Positions 12,001 through 24,290 of a stretch of DNA of 64,000 nucleotides are shown piece after piece. A program made the position numbers and the translations under genes. The stretch's first letter is position 1; the number at the start of each line of letters is the position of its first letter. Where the stretch lies: assembly GCA_030390025.1 (NCBI GenBank), contig CM059432.1, positions 25,794,001-25,858,000 of the forward strand, given 5' to 3'. The notes under the pieces are model-generated. The model was given only the letters and a program-made list of their open reading frames with translations, ran no database searches and was not told the DNA's origin. The DNA comes from Squalus acanthias. Taxonomy: Eukaryota.

Positions 12001-15000
12001 GACCTCACCCCTGGGCCTCATCCTCGTTCCTGGGCCTCGTCCTCGCTCCTGGGCCTCGACCTCGCTCCTGGGCCTCGACCTCGCTCCTGGGCCTCGACCT
12101 CGCTCCTGGGTCCCGACCTCGCTCCTGGGCCTCGACCTCGCTCCTGGGCCTCGACCTCGCTCCTGGGCCTCGACCTCGCTCCTGGGCCCCGTCCTCGTCC
12201 CTGGGCCTCGTCCTCGCTCCTGGGCCTCATCCTCGCTCCTGGGTCCTGACCTCGCTCCTGGGCCTTGACCTCGCTCCTGGGCCCCGTCATCGCCCCTGGG
12301 CCTCATCCTCGCTCCTGGGCCTCATTCTTGCTCCAGGCCTCGACCTCGCTCCTGGGTCCTGACCTCGCTCCTGGGCCCAGACCTCGCCCCTGGGCCTCAT
12401 CCTCGCTCCTGGGCCTCATTCTCGCTCCTGGGCCTCGTCCTCGCTCCTGGGTCCTGACCTCACCCCTGGGCCTCATCCTCGCTCCTGGGCCTCGTCCTAG
12501 CTCCTGGGTCCCGACCTCGCTCCTGGGCCTCGTCCTCGCTCCTGGGCCTCGACCTCGCTCCTGGGTCCCGACCTCACCCCTGGGCCTCATCCTCGTTCCT
12601 GGGCCTCGTCCTCGCTCCTGGGCCTCGACCTCGCTCCTGGGCCTCGACCTCGCTCCTGGGCCTCGACCTCGCTCCTGGGTCCCGACCTCGCTCCTGGGTC
12701 CTGACCTCGCTCCTGGGCCTTGACCTCGCTCCTGGGCCCCGTCCTCGCCCCTGGGCCTCATCCTCGCTCCTGGGCATCATTCTCGCTCCAGGCCCTCGAC
12801 CTCGCTCCTGGGTCCTGACATCGCTCCTGGGCCTCGTCCTCGCTCTTGGGCCTCGACCTCGCTGCTGGGTCCAGACCTCGCTCCTGGGCCTCATCCTCGC
12901 TCCTGGGCCTCGAACTCGCTCCTGGGTCCCGTCGTCGTTCCTGTGTCCCGACCTCGCTCCTGGGTCCCGACCTCGCTCCTGGGCCCGACCTTGCTCCTGG
13001 GCCTCGACCTCGCTCCTGCGTCCCGTCCTCGCTCCTGGGTCCCGACCTCGCTCCTGGGCCGCGACCTCGCTCCTGGGCCTCGATCTCGTCCTGGGTCCCG
13101 ACCTCGCTCCTGGGTCTTGTCCTCGCTCCTGGTCCTCGACCTCGCTCCTGGGTCTCGTCCTCGCTCCTGGGGCCCGACCTCGCTCCTGGGCCTCGACCTC
13201 GCTCCTGGGTCCCGACCTCACCCCTGGGCCTCATCCTCGTTCCTGGGCCTCGACCTCGCTCCTGGGCCTCGACCTCGCTCCTGGGCCTCGACCTCGCTCC
13301 TGGGCCCCGTCCTCGTCCCTGGGCCTCGTCCTCGCTCCTGGGCCTCGTCCTCGCTCCTGGGTCCTGACCTCGCTCCTGGGCCTTGACCTCGCTCCTGGGC
13401 CCCGTCATCGCCCCTGGGCCTCATCCTCGCTCCTGGGCCTCATTCTTGCTCCAGGCCCTCGACCTCGCTCCTGGGTCCTGACCTCGCTCCTGGGCCCAGA
13501 CCTCGCCCCTGGGCCTCATCCTCGCTCCTGGGCCTCATTCTCGCTCCTGGGCCTCGTCCTCGCTCCTGGGTCCTGACCTCACCCCTGGGCCTCATCCTCG
13601 CTCCTGGGCCTCGTCCTAGCTCCTGGGTCCCGACCTCGCTCCTGGGCCTCGTCCTCGCTCCTGGGCCTCGACCTCGCTCCTGGGTCCCGACCTCACCCCT
13701 GGGCCTCATCCTCGTTCCTGGGCCTCGTCCTCGCTCCTGGGCCTCGACCTCGCTCCTGGGCCTCGACCTCGCTCCTGGGCCTCGACCTCGCTCCTGGGTC
13801 CCGACCTCGCTCCTGGGTCCTGACCTCGCTCCTGGGCCTCGACCTCGCTCCTGGGCCCCGTCCTCGCCCCTGGGCCTCATCCTCGCTCCTGGGCATCATT
13901 CTCGCTCCAGGCCCTCGACCTCGCTCCTGGGTCCTGACATCGCTCCTGGGCCTCGTCCTCGCTCTTGGGCCTCGACCTCGCTGCTGGGTCCAGACCTCGC
14001 TCCTGGGCCTCATCCTCGCTCCTGGGCCTCGAACTCGCTCCTGGGTCCCGTCGTCGTTCCTGTGTCCCGACCTCGCTCCTGGGTCCCGACCTCGCTCCTG
14101 GGCCCCGACCTTGCTCCTGGGCCTCGACCTCGCTCCTGCGTCCCGTCCTCGCTCCTGGGTCCCGACCTCGCTCCTGGGCCGCGACCTCGCTCCTGGGCCT
14201 CGATCTCGCTCCTGGGTCCCGACCTCGCTCCTGGGTCTTGTCCTCGCTCCTGGTCCTCGACCTCGCTCCTGGGTCTCGTCCTCGCTCCTGGGGCCCGACC
14301 TCGCTCCTGGGCCTCGACCTCGCTCCTGGGTCCCGACCTCGCTCCTGGACCTCGACCTCACTCCTGGGCCTCGACCTCGTTCCTGGGCACCGTCCTCGTC
14401 CCTGGGTCCTCACCTCGCTCCTGGGCCTTGACCTCGCTCCTGGGCCCCGTCCTCGCCCCTGGGCCTCATCCTTGCTCCTGGGCCTCATCCTCGCTCCAGA
14501 CCCTCGACCTCGCTCCTGGGTCCTGACCTCGCTCCTGGGCCCAGACCTCGCCCCTGGGCCTCATCCTCGCTCCTGGGCCTCATTCTCGCTCCTGGGCCTC
14601 GTCCTCGCTCCTGGGTCCTGACCTCACCCTGGGCCTCATCCTCGCTCCTGGGCCTCGTCCTAGCTCCTGGGTCCCGACCTCGCTCCTGGGCCTCGTCCTC
14701 GCTCCTGGGCCTCGACCTCGCTCCTGGGTCCCGACCTCACCCCTGGGCCTCATCTCATTCCTGGGCCTCGTCCTCGCTCCTGGGCCTCGACCTCGCTCCT
14801 GGGCCTCGACCTCGCTCCTGGGCCTCGACCTCGCTCCTGGGTCCCGACCTCGCTCCTGGGCCTCGACCTCGCTCCTGGGCCTCGACCTCGCTCCTGGGCC
14901 TCGACCTCGCTCCTGGGCCCCGTCCTCGTCCCTGGGCCTCGTCCTCGCTCCTGGGCCTCGTCCTCGCTCCTGGGTCCTGACCTCGCTCCTGGGCCTTGAC

Positions 15001-18000
15001 CTCGCTCCTGGGCCCCGTCCTCGCCCCTGGACCTCATCCTCGCTCCTGGGCCTCATTCTCGCTCCAGGCCATCGACCTCGCTCCTGGGTCCTGACCTCGC
15101 TCCTGGGCCTTGACCTCGCTCCTGGGCCCCATGTTCGCCCCTGGGCCTCATCCTCGCTCCTGGGCCTAATTCTTGTTCCTGGGCCTCGTCCTCGCTCCTG
15201 GGTCCTGACATCGCTCCTGGGCCTCGTCCTCGCTCTTGGGCCTCGACCTCGCTGCTGGGTCCAGACCTCGCTCCTGGGCCTCATCCTCGCTCCTGGGCCT
15301 CGAACTCGCTCCTGGGTCCCGTCGTCGTTCCTGTGTCCCGACCTCGCTCCTGGGTCCCGACCTCGCTCCTGGGCCCCGACCTTGCTCCTGGGCCTCGACC
15401 TCGCTCCTGCGTCCCGTCCTCGCTCCTGGGTCCCGACCTCGCTCCTGGGCCGCGACCTCGCTCCTGGGCCTCGACCTCGCTCCTGGGTCCCGGCCTCACT
15501 CCTGGGCCTCGACCTCGCTCCTGGGTCCCGTGCTCGCTCATGGGCCTTGACCTCGCTCCTGGGTCCCGACCTCACTCCTGGGCCTCGACCTCGCTCCTGG
15601 GCCTCAACCTCGCTCCTGGGCCTCGATTTTGCTCCTGGGCCCCGTCCTCGCTCCTGGGCCTCGACCTTGCTCCTGGGCACCGACCTCGCTGTTGGGTCTC
15701 GTCCTCGCTCCTGGGCCTCATCCTCGCTCCTGGGTCCCGACCTCGCTCCTGGGCCTCGACCTCGCTCCTTGGTCCCGACCTCGCTCTTGGGCCTCGTCCT
15801 CGCTCCTTGGTCCCGACCTCGCTCTTGGGCCTCGTCCTCGCTCCTGGGCCTCGTCCTCGCTCCTGGGCCTCGACCTCGCTCCTGGGTCCCGACCTCGCTC
15901 CTGGGCCTTGTCCTCGCTCCTGGGCCTCGAACTCGCTCCTGGGCCTCGACCTCGCTCCTGGGCCTCGACCTCACTCCTGGGCCTTGACCTTGCTCCTGGG
16001 TCCCGACCTCGCTCCTGGGTCCCGTTCTCGCTCCTGGGCCCTGTCCTCGTCCCTGGGCCTCATCCTCGTCCCTGGGCCTCGTCCTCGCTCCTGGGCCTCG
16101 ACCTCGCTCCTGGGTCCCGTCCTCGTCCCTGGGCCTCATCCTCGCTCCTGGGTCCTGACCTCACTCCTGGGCCTCGTCCTTGCTCCTGGGCCCCGTCCTC
16201 ACCCCTGGGTCTAGTTCTCGCGCCTGGATCCCGTCCTCGCTCCTGGGTCCCGACCTCGCTCCTGGGCCTCGATTTTGCTTCTGGGCCCCGTCCTCACTCT
16301 CGGGCACCGACCTCACTCTTGGGTCTCGTCCTCGCTCCTGGGTCCCGACCTCGCTCCTGGGCCTCGACCTCGCTCCTGGGCCTCGACCTCACTCCTGGGC
16401 CTCGACCTCGCTCCTGGGCCCCGTCCTCGTCCCTGGGCCTCGTCCTCGCTCCTGGGCCTCGTCCTCGCTCCTGCGTCCTGACCTCGCTCCTGGGCCTTGA
16501 CCTCGCTCCTGGGCCCCGTCCTCGCCCCTGGGCCTCATCCTCGCTCCTGGGCCTCATTCTCGCTCCAGGCCCTCGACCTCGCTCCTGGGTCCTGACCTCG
16601 CTCCTGGGCCTTGACCTCGCTCCTGGGCCCCATGTTCGCCCCTGGGCCACATCCTCGCTCCTGGGCCTAATTCTTGTTCCTGGGCCTCGTCCTCGCTCCT
16701 GGGTCCTGACATCGCTCCTGGGCCTCGTCCTCGCTCTTGGGCCTCGACCTCGCTGCTGGGTCCAGACCTCGCTCCTGGGCCTCATCCTCGCTCCTGGGCC
16801 TCGAACTCGCTCCTGGGTCCCGTCGTCGTTCCTGTGTCCCGACCTCGCTCCTGGGTCCCGACCTCGCTCCTGGGCCCCGACCTTGCTCCTGGGCCTCGAC
16901 CTCGCTCCTGCGTCCCGACCTCGCTCCTGGGCCGCGACCTCGCTCCTGGGCCTCGACCTCGCTCCTGGGTCCCGGCCTCACTCCTGGGCCTCGACCTCGC
17001 TCCTGGGTCCCGTGCTCGCTCATGGGCCTCGACCTCACTCCTGGGCCTTGACCTCGCTCCTGGGTCCCGACCTCACTCCTGGGCCTCGACCTCGCTCCTG
17101 GGCCTCAACCTCGCTCCTGGGCCTCGACCTCGCTCCTGGGTCCCGACCTCGCTCTTGGGCCTCATCCTCGCTCCTGGGCCTCGACCTCGCTCCTGGGTCC
17201 CGACCTCGCTCCTGGGCCTTGTCCTCGCTCCTGGGCCTCGACCTCGCTCCTGGGTCTCGACCTCGCTCCTGGGTCCTGTTCTTGCTACTGGGGCCCGTCC
17301 TCGTCCCTGGGCCTCATCCTCGTCCCTGGGCCTCGTCCTCGCTCATGGGCCTCGACCTCGCTCCTGGGCCCCGTCCTCGTCCCTGGGCCTCGTCCTCGCT
17401 CCTGGGCACCGACCTCGCTGTTGGGTCTCGTCCTCGCTCCTGGGTCCTGACCTCGCTCCTGGGCCTCGACCTCGCTCCTGGGTCCCGACCTCGCTCCTGG
17501 GTCACGACCTCGCTCCTGGGCCTTGTCTTCGCTCCTGGGCCTCGACCTCGCTCCTGGGTCTCGTCCTCGCTCCTGGGTCCCGACCTCGCTCCTGGGCCTC
17601 GACCTCGCTCCTGGGTCCTGACCTCGCTCCTGGGCCTCGACCTCGCTCCTGGGTCCCGACCTCGCTCCTGGGTCACGACCTCGCTCCTGGGCCTTGTCTT
17701 CGCTCCTGGGCCTCGTCCTCGCTCCTGGGCCTCGACCTCGCTCCTGGGCCTCGACCTCGCGCTTGGGCCCCGTCCTCGTCCCTGGGCCTCATCCTCGCTC
17801 CTGGGTCCTGACCTCACTCCTGGGCCTCGTCCTCGCTCCTGGGCTCCGTCCTCACCCCTGGGTCTAGTTCTTGCGCCTGGATCCCGTCCTCGCTCCTGGG
17901 TCCCGACCTTGCTCCTGGGCCTCGATTTTGCTCTTGGGCCCCGTCCTCACTCTCGGGCACCGACCTCACTCTTGGGTCTCGTCCTCGCTCCTGGGCACCG

Positions 18001-21000
18001 TCCTCGCTCCTGGACACCGTCCTCGCTCCTGGGTCCCATCCTCGCTTCTGGGCCTCGTCCTCGCTCCAGGCCCTCGACCTCGCTCCTAGGTCCTGACCTC
18101 GCTCCTGGGCCTTGACCTCGATCCTGGGCCCCGTGTTCGCCCCTGGGCCTCATCCTCGCTCCTGGGCCTCATTCTTGTTCCTGGGCCTCGTCCTCGCTCC
18201 TGGGTCCTGACCTCGCTCCTGGGCCTCGTCCTCACTCCTGGGCCTCGACTTCGCTCCTGGGTCCCGACCTCGCTCCTGGGCCTCATCCTCGCTCCTGGGC
18301 CTCGACCTTGCTCCTGGGTTCCGTCGTCGCTCCTGCGTCCCGACCTCGCTCCTGGGTCCCGACCTCGCTCCTGGGCCTCGACCTCGCTCCTGCATCCTGT
18401 CCTCGCTCCTGGGTTCCGACCTCGCTCCTGGGACTCGACCTCGCACCTGTGCCTCGACATCGCTCCTGGGTCCCGGCCTCACTCCTGGGCCTCGACCTCG
18501 CTCCTGGGTCCCGTCCTCGCTCCTGGGCCTCGACCTCACTCCTGGGCCTTGACCTCGCTCCTGGGTCCCGACCTCACTCCTGGGCCTCGACCTCGCTCCT
18601 GGGCCTCAACCTCGCTCCTGGGCCTCAATTTTGCTCCTGGGCCCCGTCCTCGCTCCTGGGCCTCGACCTCGCTCCTGGGCACCGACCTCACTGTTGGGTC
18701 TCGTCCTCGCTCCTGGGCCTCGTCCTCGCTCCTGGGTCCCGACCTCGCTCCTGGGCCTCGACCTCGCTCCTGGGTCCCGACCTCGCTCTTGGGCCTCGTC
18801 CTCGCTCCTGGGCCTCGACCTCGCTCCTGGGTCCCGACCTCGCTCCTGGGCCTTGTCCTCGCTCCTGGGCCTCGATCTCGCTCCTGGGTCTCGTCCTCGC
18901 TCCTGGGTCCCGACCTCGCTCCTGGGCCCCGTCCTCGCTCCTGGGCCTCGACCTCGCTCCTGGGTCTCGACCTCGCTCCTGGGTCCCGTTCTCGCTCCTG
19001 GGGCCCGTCCTCGTCCCTGGGCCTCATCCTCGTCCCTGAGCCTCGTCCTCGCTCCTGGGTCCCGTCCTAGCTCCTGGGCCCCGTCCTCGCTCCTGGGCCC
19101 CGTCCTCGCTCCTGGGTCCCGTCCTCACTCCTGGGCCTCGACCTCGCTCCTGGGCCTCGACCTCGCTCCTGGGCCTCGACCTCGCTCCTGCGTTCTGTCG
19201 TCGCTCCTGCGTCCCGACCTCGCTCCTAGGTCCCGACCTCGCTCCTGGGCCCTGACCTTGCTCCTGGGCCTCGACCTCGCTCCTGCATCCCGTCCTCGCT
19301 CCTGGGTCCCGACCTCGCTCCTGGGCCTCGACCTCGCTCCTGGGCCTCGACCTCGCTCCTGGGTCCCGGCCTCACTCCTGGGCCTCGACCTCGCTCCTGG
19401 GTCCCGTCCTCGCTCCTGGGCCTCGACCTCACTCCTGGGCCTTGACCTCGCTCCTGGGTCCCGACCTCACTCCTGGGCCTCGACCTCGCTCCTGGGCCTC
19501 AACCTCGCTCCTGGGCCTCGATTTTGCTCCTGGGCCCCGTCCTCGCTCCTGGGCCTCGACCTCGCTCCTGGGCACCGACCTCACTGTTGGGTCTCGTCCT
19601 CGCTCCTGGGCCTCGTCCTCGCTCCTGGGTCCCGACCTCGCTCCTGGGCCTCGACCTCGCTCCTGGGTCCCGACCTCGCTCTTGGGCCTCGTCCTCGCTC
19701 CTGGGCCTCGACCTCGCTCCTGGGTCCCGACGTCGCTCCTGGGCCTTGTCCTCGCTCCTGGGCCTCGATCTCGCTCCTGGGTCTCGTCCTCGCTCCTGGG
19801 TCCCGACCTCGCTCCTGTGCCCCGTCCTCGCTCCTGGGCCTCGACCTCGCTCCTGTGTCTCGACCTCGCTCCTGGGTCCCGTTCTCGCTCCTGGGGCCCG
19901 TCCTCGTCCCTGGGCCTCATCCTCGTCCCTGAGCCTCGTCCTCGCTCCTGGGTCCCGTCCTCGCTCCTGGGCCTCGACCTCACTCCTGGGCCTTGACCTC
20001 GCTCCTGGGTCCCGACCTCACTCCTGGGCCTCGACCTCGCTCCTGGGCCTCAACCTCGCTCCTGGGCCTCGATTTTGCTCCTGGGCCCCGTCCTCGCTCC
20101 TGGGCCTCGACCTCGCTCCTGGGCACGACCTCACTGTCTGGGTCCTCGTCCTCGCTCCTGGGCCTCGTCCTCGCTCCTGGGTCCCGACCTCGCTCCTGGG
20201 CCTCGACCTCGCTCCTGGGTCCCGACCTCGCTCTTGGGCCTCATCCTCGCTCCTGGGCCTCGACCTCGCTCCTGGGTCCCGACCTCGCTCCTGGGCCTTG
20301 TCCTCGCTCCTGGGCCTCGATCTCGCTCTGGGTCTCGTCCTCGCTCCTGGGTCCCGACCTCGCTCCTGTGCCCCGTCCTCGCTCCTGGGCCTCGACCTCG
20401 CTCCTGTGTCTCGACCTCGCTCCTGGGTCCCGTTCTCGCTCCTGGGGCCCGTCCTCGTCCCTGGGCCTCATCCTCGTCCCTGAGCCTCGTCCTCGCTCCT
20501 GGGTCCCGTCCTCGCTCCTGGGCCTCATCCTCGCTCCTGGGCCTCGTCCTCACTCCTGGGTCCCGACCTCGCTCCTGGGCCTCGAACTCGCTCCTGGGCC
20601 TCGACCTCTCTCCTGGGCCTCATCCTCGCTCCTGGGTCCCGTCCCCGCTCCTGGGCACCGCCCTCGACCCTGGGCCTCGTCCTCGCTCCTGGGTCCCAAC
20701 CTCGCTCCTGGGTTTCGACCTCGCTCCTGGGCCTCGACCTCGCTCCTGGGCCCCGTCCTCGCTCCTGGGCCCCGTCCTCACTCCTGGGTCCCAACCTCGC
20801 TCCTGGGTCCCGACCTCGCTCCTGGGCCTCGACCTCGCTCCTGGGCCCCGTCCTCGCTCCTGGGTCCCGACCTCGCTCCTGGGCCTCAACCTCGCTCCTG
20901 GGCCTCGATTTTGCTCCTGGGCCCCGTCCTCGCTCCTGGGCACCAACCTCGCTCCTGGGTCTCGTCCTCGCTCCTGGGCCTCGACCTCGCTCCTGGGCCT

Positions 21001-22200
21001 CGACCTCGCTCCTGGGCCTCGACCTCGCTCCTGGGTCCCGACCTCGCTCCTGGGTCCCGTTCTCGCTCCTGGGCCCTGTCCTCGTCCCTGGGCCTCGTCC
21101 TCGCTCCTGGGCCTCGACCTCGCTCCTGGGCCCCGTCCTCGTCCCTGGGCCTCATCCTCGCTCCTGGGTCCTGACCTCACTCCTGGGCCTCGTCCTCGCT
21201 CCTGGGCCCCGTCCTCACCCCTGGGTCTCGTTCTCGCGCCTGGATCCCATCCTCGCTCCTGGGTCCTGACCTCGCTCCTGGGCCTCGATTTTGCTCCTGG
21301 GCCCCGTCCTCACTCTCGGGCACCGACCTCACTCTTGGGTCTCGTCCTCGCTCCTGGGCACCGTCCTCGCTCCTGGACACTGTCCTCGCTCCTGGGTCCC
21401 ATCCTCGCTCCTGGGCCTCGTCCTCGCTCCTGGGTCCCGACCTCGCTCCTGGGCCTCGTCCTCGCTCCTGGGCCTCGACCTCACTCTTGGGTCTCGTCCT
21501 CGCTCCTGGGCCGCGACCTCGCTCCTGGGTCCCGACCTCGCTCCTGGGCCTCGACCTCACTCCTGGGCCTCGACCTCGCTCCTGGGCACCGTCCTCGTCC
21601 CTGGGCCTCGTCCTCACTCCTGGGCCTCATCCTCGCTCCTGGGTCCTGACCTCGCTCCTGGGCCTTGACCTCGCTCCTGGGCCCCGTCCTCTCCCCTGGG
21701 CCTCATCCTTGCTCCTGGGCCTCATTCTCGCTCCAGACCCTCGACCTCGCTCCTGGGTCCTGACCTCGCTCCTGGGCCTTGACCTCATTCCTGGGCCCCG
21801 TCCTCGCCCCTGGGCCTCATCCTCGCTCCTGGGCCTCATTCTCGCTCCAGACCCTCGACCTCGCTCCTGGGTCCTGACCTCGCTCCTGGGCCTTGACCTC
21901 ATTCCTGGGCCCCGTCCTCGCCCCTGGGCCTCATCCTCGCTCCTGGGCCTCATTCTCGCTCCTGGGCCTCGTCCTCGCTCCTGGGTCCTGACCTCACCCT
22001 TGGGCCTCATTCTTGCTCCTGGGCCTCGTCCTCGCTCCTGGGTCCTGACCTCACCCCTGGGCCTCATCCTCGCTCCTGGGCCTTGACATCGCTCCTGGGC
22101 CCCGTCTTCGCCCCGGGCCTCATCCTCGCTCCTGCGTCGCGACCTCGCTCCTTGGTCCCGCCCTTGCTCCTGGGCCTCAACTTCGCTCCTGGGTACCGAC
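1..22200. repeat. 19-bp GC-rich minisatellite/satellite array, consensus CCTCGCTCCTGGGCCTCGA (~1,170 units, continues past the window start)
   Basis: The motif CCTCGCTCCTGGG recurs every 19 nt throughout. Common tail variants are CCTCGA, CCTCGT, TCCCGA, TCCTGA, CCTTGA, CCCCGT and CCTCAT. The ORF track shows the 19-aa periodicity expected from a 3x19-nt frame cycle. The array stops at ...GGGTACCGAC (~22200). Confidence 0.99.
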
Positions 22201-22211
22201 TCCCAGTGGTG

Positions 22212-23732
22212 GAGGACAACACCTTCCTGCTCGACCGACACACTTGCACTCCCACGGGGCAGTACCTCAGCATCCGGTGCAATCTGCTCGAGCAAAGATT
22301 GCTGGCATGCTCTGGCACCGTGAGAGCCCCGGGGCAATGTGGCCGACCCAGCGAGGATGGCAGCAGTCAGTGCTTGCGTGACATCAATCTGAGCCTGCAT
22401 GAGAGCAGTCTGAGACTGGATGGCACTTGCCAATGACTGAATTGCAGCACTAAGCCATTGCGTTGCATTGGCCTGTGCTGCAGCGGACTGCTCCACACTC
22501 CTAACCAGTCCATCCATGCTTTCGGGCACCCTTGTCATTGCACCCATGAGCAGAGTGTGCATGCTCAGGGCTGGCTATTCACGGCCGCGATGACGTGGTC
22601 CTCATCTGAGTCCTGTGCAGCAGGACTCGCTTGCCTACTCGCCCTCCGGGGAGCTGGCCCCCGAGCTTCCCTACCCCCATGGTGTTGCTGCAGCCTGCTG
22701 GGTCCCGGAGCTTCGCCCTCATCAGACCCTACCAACCTGCTCCCCTCCAGGTAAGGCGTGGTCCCAGTTTTGGAATGGGCTCCCTCAGGAGATGCAGGCG
22801 GTGAGGCTCCGGCTTCTTCTTCCTCCTCGCCTGGGGCATCACTGCCACTGGTAGGTTGAGGGACAGGCTGCTCAGCTGGTGGTTCACTATCTGAAAGCAG
22901 GGAGGTACCAGAGTGGCTTTAGTGTCAGGACAGGGGGGCAGTAACGGAGGAAGGACTGGAGACATTTTGTAAGTTGGATTGAAAGTATAAAAGGCTGGTG
23001 TTGTGAGGGGCAAGTAGAATGAGAGAGGAGAGAAAGCTGGTGAACATACCATTGCTGTCCCCAAGGGGGTCGACCTCTCCAGCGGCCATGGCACCTATGA
23101 CCCGGCTGGCAACGATCCTGTGCATGCGCACCTCCAAATTGGTGAGGGTGTGTAGGTCAGCCGGTCCTCCTCTCATGCATTGCTGCTGATGCCTGTTATG
23201 AGAGCTTGGCCTGCAAGAAAAAGGACGGCGTCTGAGTGAATGTGCAGCCATGTGCTTGCCTGATGTGCCTCCCATAGTCGAATAGCCCTTAATGTATGCA
23301 GCCATGTGCTTACCTGATGTGCCTCCCATAGCTGAATAGCCCTTAATGTATGCAAGGTGTGGAATGTGCGTGTGTGTTTTATGAGATGACCATAGGTCTT
23401 GGATGAGTGTTGGGAATTTGGGGTTTTTAAACCCTCTGGGCACAGAGTGAAGTTGAGATGGAGGGATGTCGAGGTATTGAAAAGCAGCCACTCACCCTGA
23501 TCACCCAAGTGAGGTCGTTGAACTTCTTACGACATTGGGTGTGGGTCCTCGGCACCAGGCTCCTGGAGGAGACGTGCTGAGCCACCTCACTCCAGACTCT
23601 TCTGTATTCATGGGGCAATGGCCTCCTGCCACTGTGTGGGTAGAGCACTGCCCGTCACCGCTCCACAGCACCAACCAGAGCCACCAAGGCCCGGTCGCTG
23701 AAGCGCTGAGCTTTTTCCCTGGGCCTATCCAT
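22212..23732 (-). pseudogene. Harbinger Myb/SANT-like gene, inactivated copy (exons 23732-23496, 23210-23050, 22890-~22212)
   Basis: Same splice positions as the intact copy. There is a TGA at codon 26 (23657-23655), a 2-bp deletion at the start of exon 2 (161 vs 163 nt), and exon 3 is cut by the satellite. Confidence 0.9.
23246..23353 (-). repeat. Two copies of the 54-bp intron-1 tandem repeat
   Basis: AGCCATGTGCTT(G/A)CCTGATGTGCCTCCCATAG...AATAGCCCTTAATGTATGC occurs twice and is homologous to the 5-copy array at 29981-30250. Confidence 0.9.
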
Positions 23733-24094
23733 TGGTGGTTCCAGCACAATTGATTTACAGGTCTCTCCAAGCCGAGATTAAAGGCTGCAATGAGCAGGGT
23801 GTGGCTGGACAGCAACATGGATCCTCCCCTTTAAGAGCTGGCCGGCGCCAGTGTGTCTGTGTTCCATTGCTAAATGACATCACCTGAGCTCCGGTAGCGC
23901 TCCGAGGTAACGCCTCGCTCCTCGACGTTAGCGCCTTAATACAGGTGTGTAGCGCCTGATTTAGTGCTCAAATCACCTCCAGGGGCAATAGAGGCCAAGT
24001 TTGCAGTCGGAGGCGATAATTAGCGCCGGGCGCTAAACTTTGCGCCCGGCCGATAATAGCGCCCCAAACAGGGCGATACCGAATTTCTCCCCCT

Positions 24095-24290
24095 ATTACT
24101 TAAATGGAAAGAAAATAATGTGTGTGGAAAATGAAAGAGATCTGGGGGTCCTGATTGCTATTAAATTGAACCTATCACAGCAACTCTCAGTGGCAGTGAG
24201 TAAAGCAAATCAGCTGTTGGGATATATTAAAAGGTCAAAATTGAGCCAAAGTAGAGATCATCCAGCCATTTTATAAATCATTGGTACGAC
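24095..24290 (+). mobile_element. CR1 LINE RT C-terminal fragment
   Basis: Translates to YYLNGKKIMCVENERDLGVLI...AVSKANQLLGYIKR, which matches the other CR1 copies in the window. Confidence 0.75.

Larger units (their letters stand above)
22212..24093 (-). mobile_element. Truncated PIF/Harbinger transposon (left end plus Myb/SANT gene; transposase half missing)
   Basis: Ends in CCGAATTTCTCCCCC (24079-24093), the reverse complement of the left TIR of the element at 29242. It is colinear with 29242-~31287 in reverse, and the homology stops at the satellite. Confidence 0.95.

Noticed and set aside
82..22086. Dozens of long ORFs on both strands (up to 828 aa; LLGLDLAPGPRPRSW / ERGRGPGARSRPRSE repeats)
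   Set aside because: The 19-bp consensus has no stop in any frame, so all six frames give the same two periodic peptides. There are no unique domains, and indels shift frames freely.
1..22200. CRISPR-like reading (constant 13-bp repeat plus variable part)
   Set aside because: The variable part is only 6 bp and drawn from a few related variants, not unique spacers. There are no cas genes and the context is eukaryotic.
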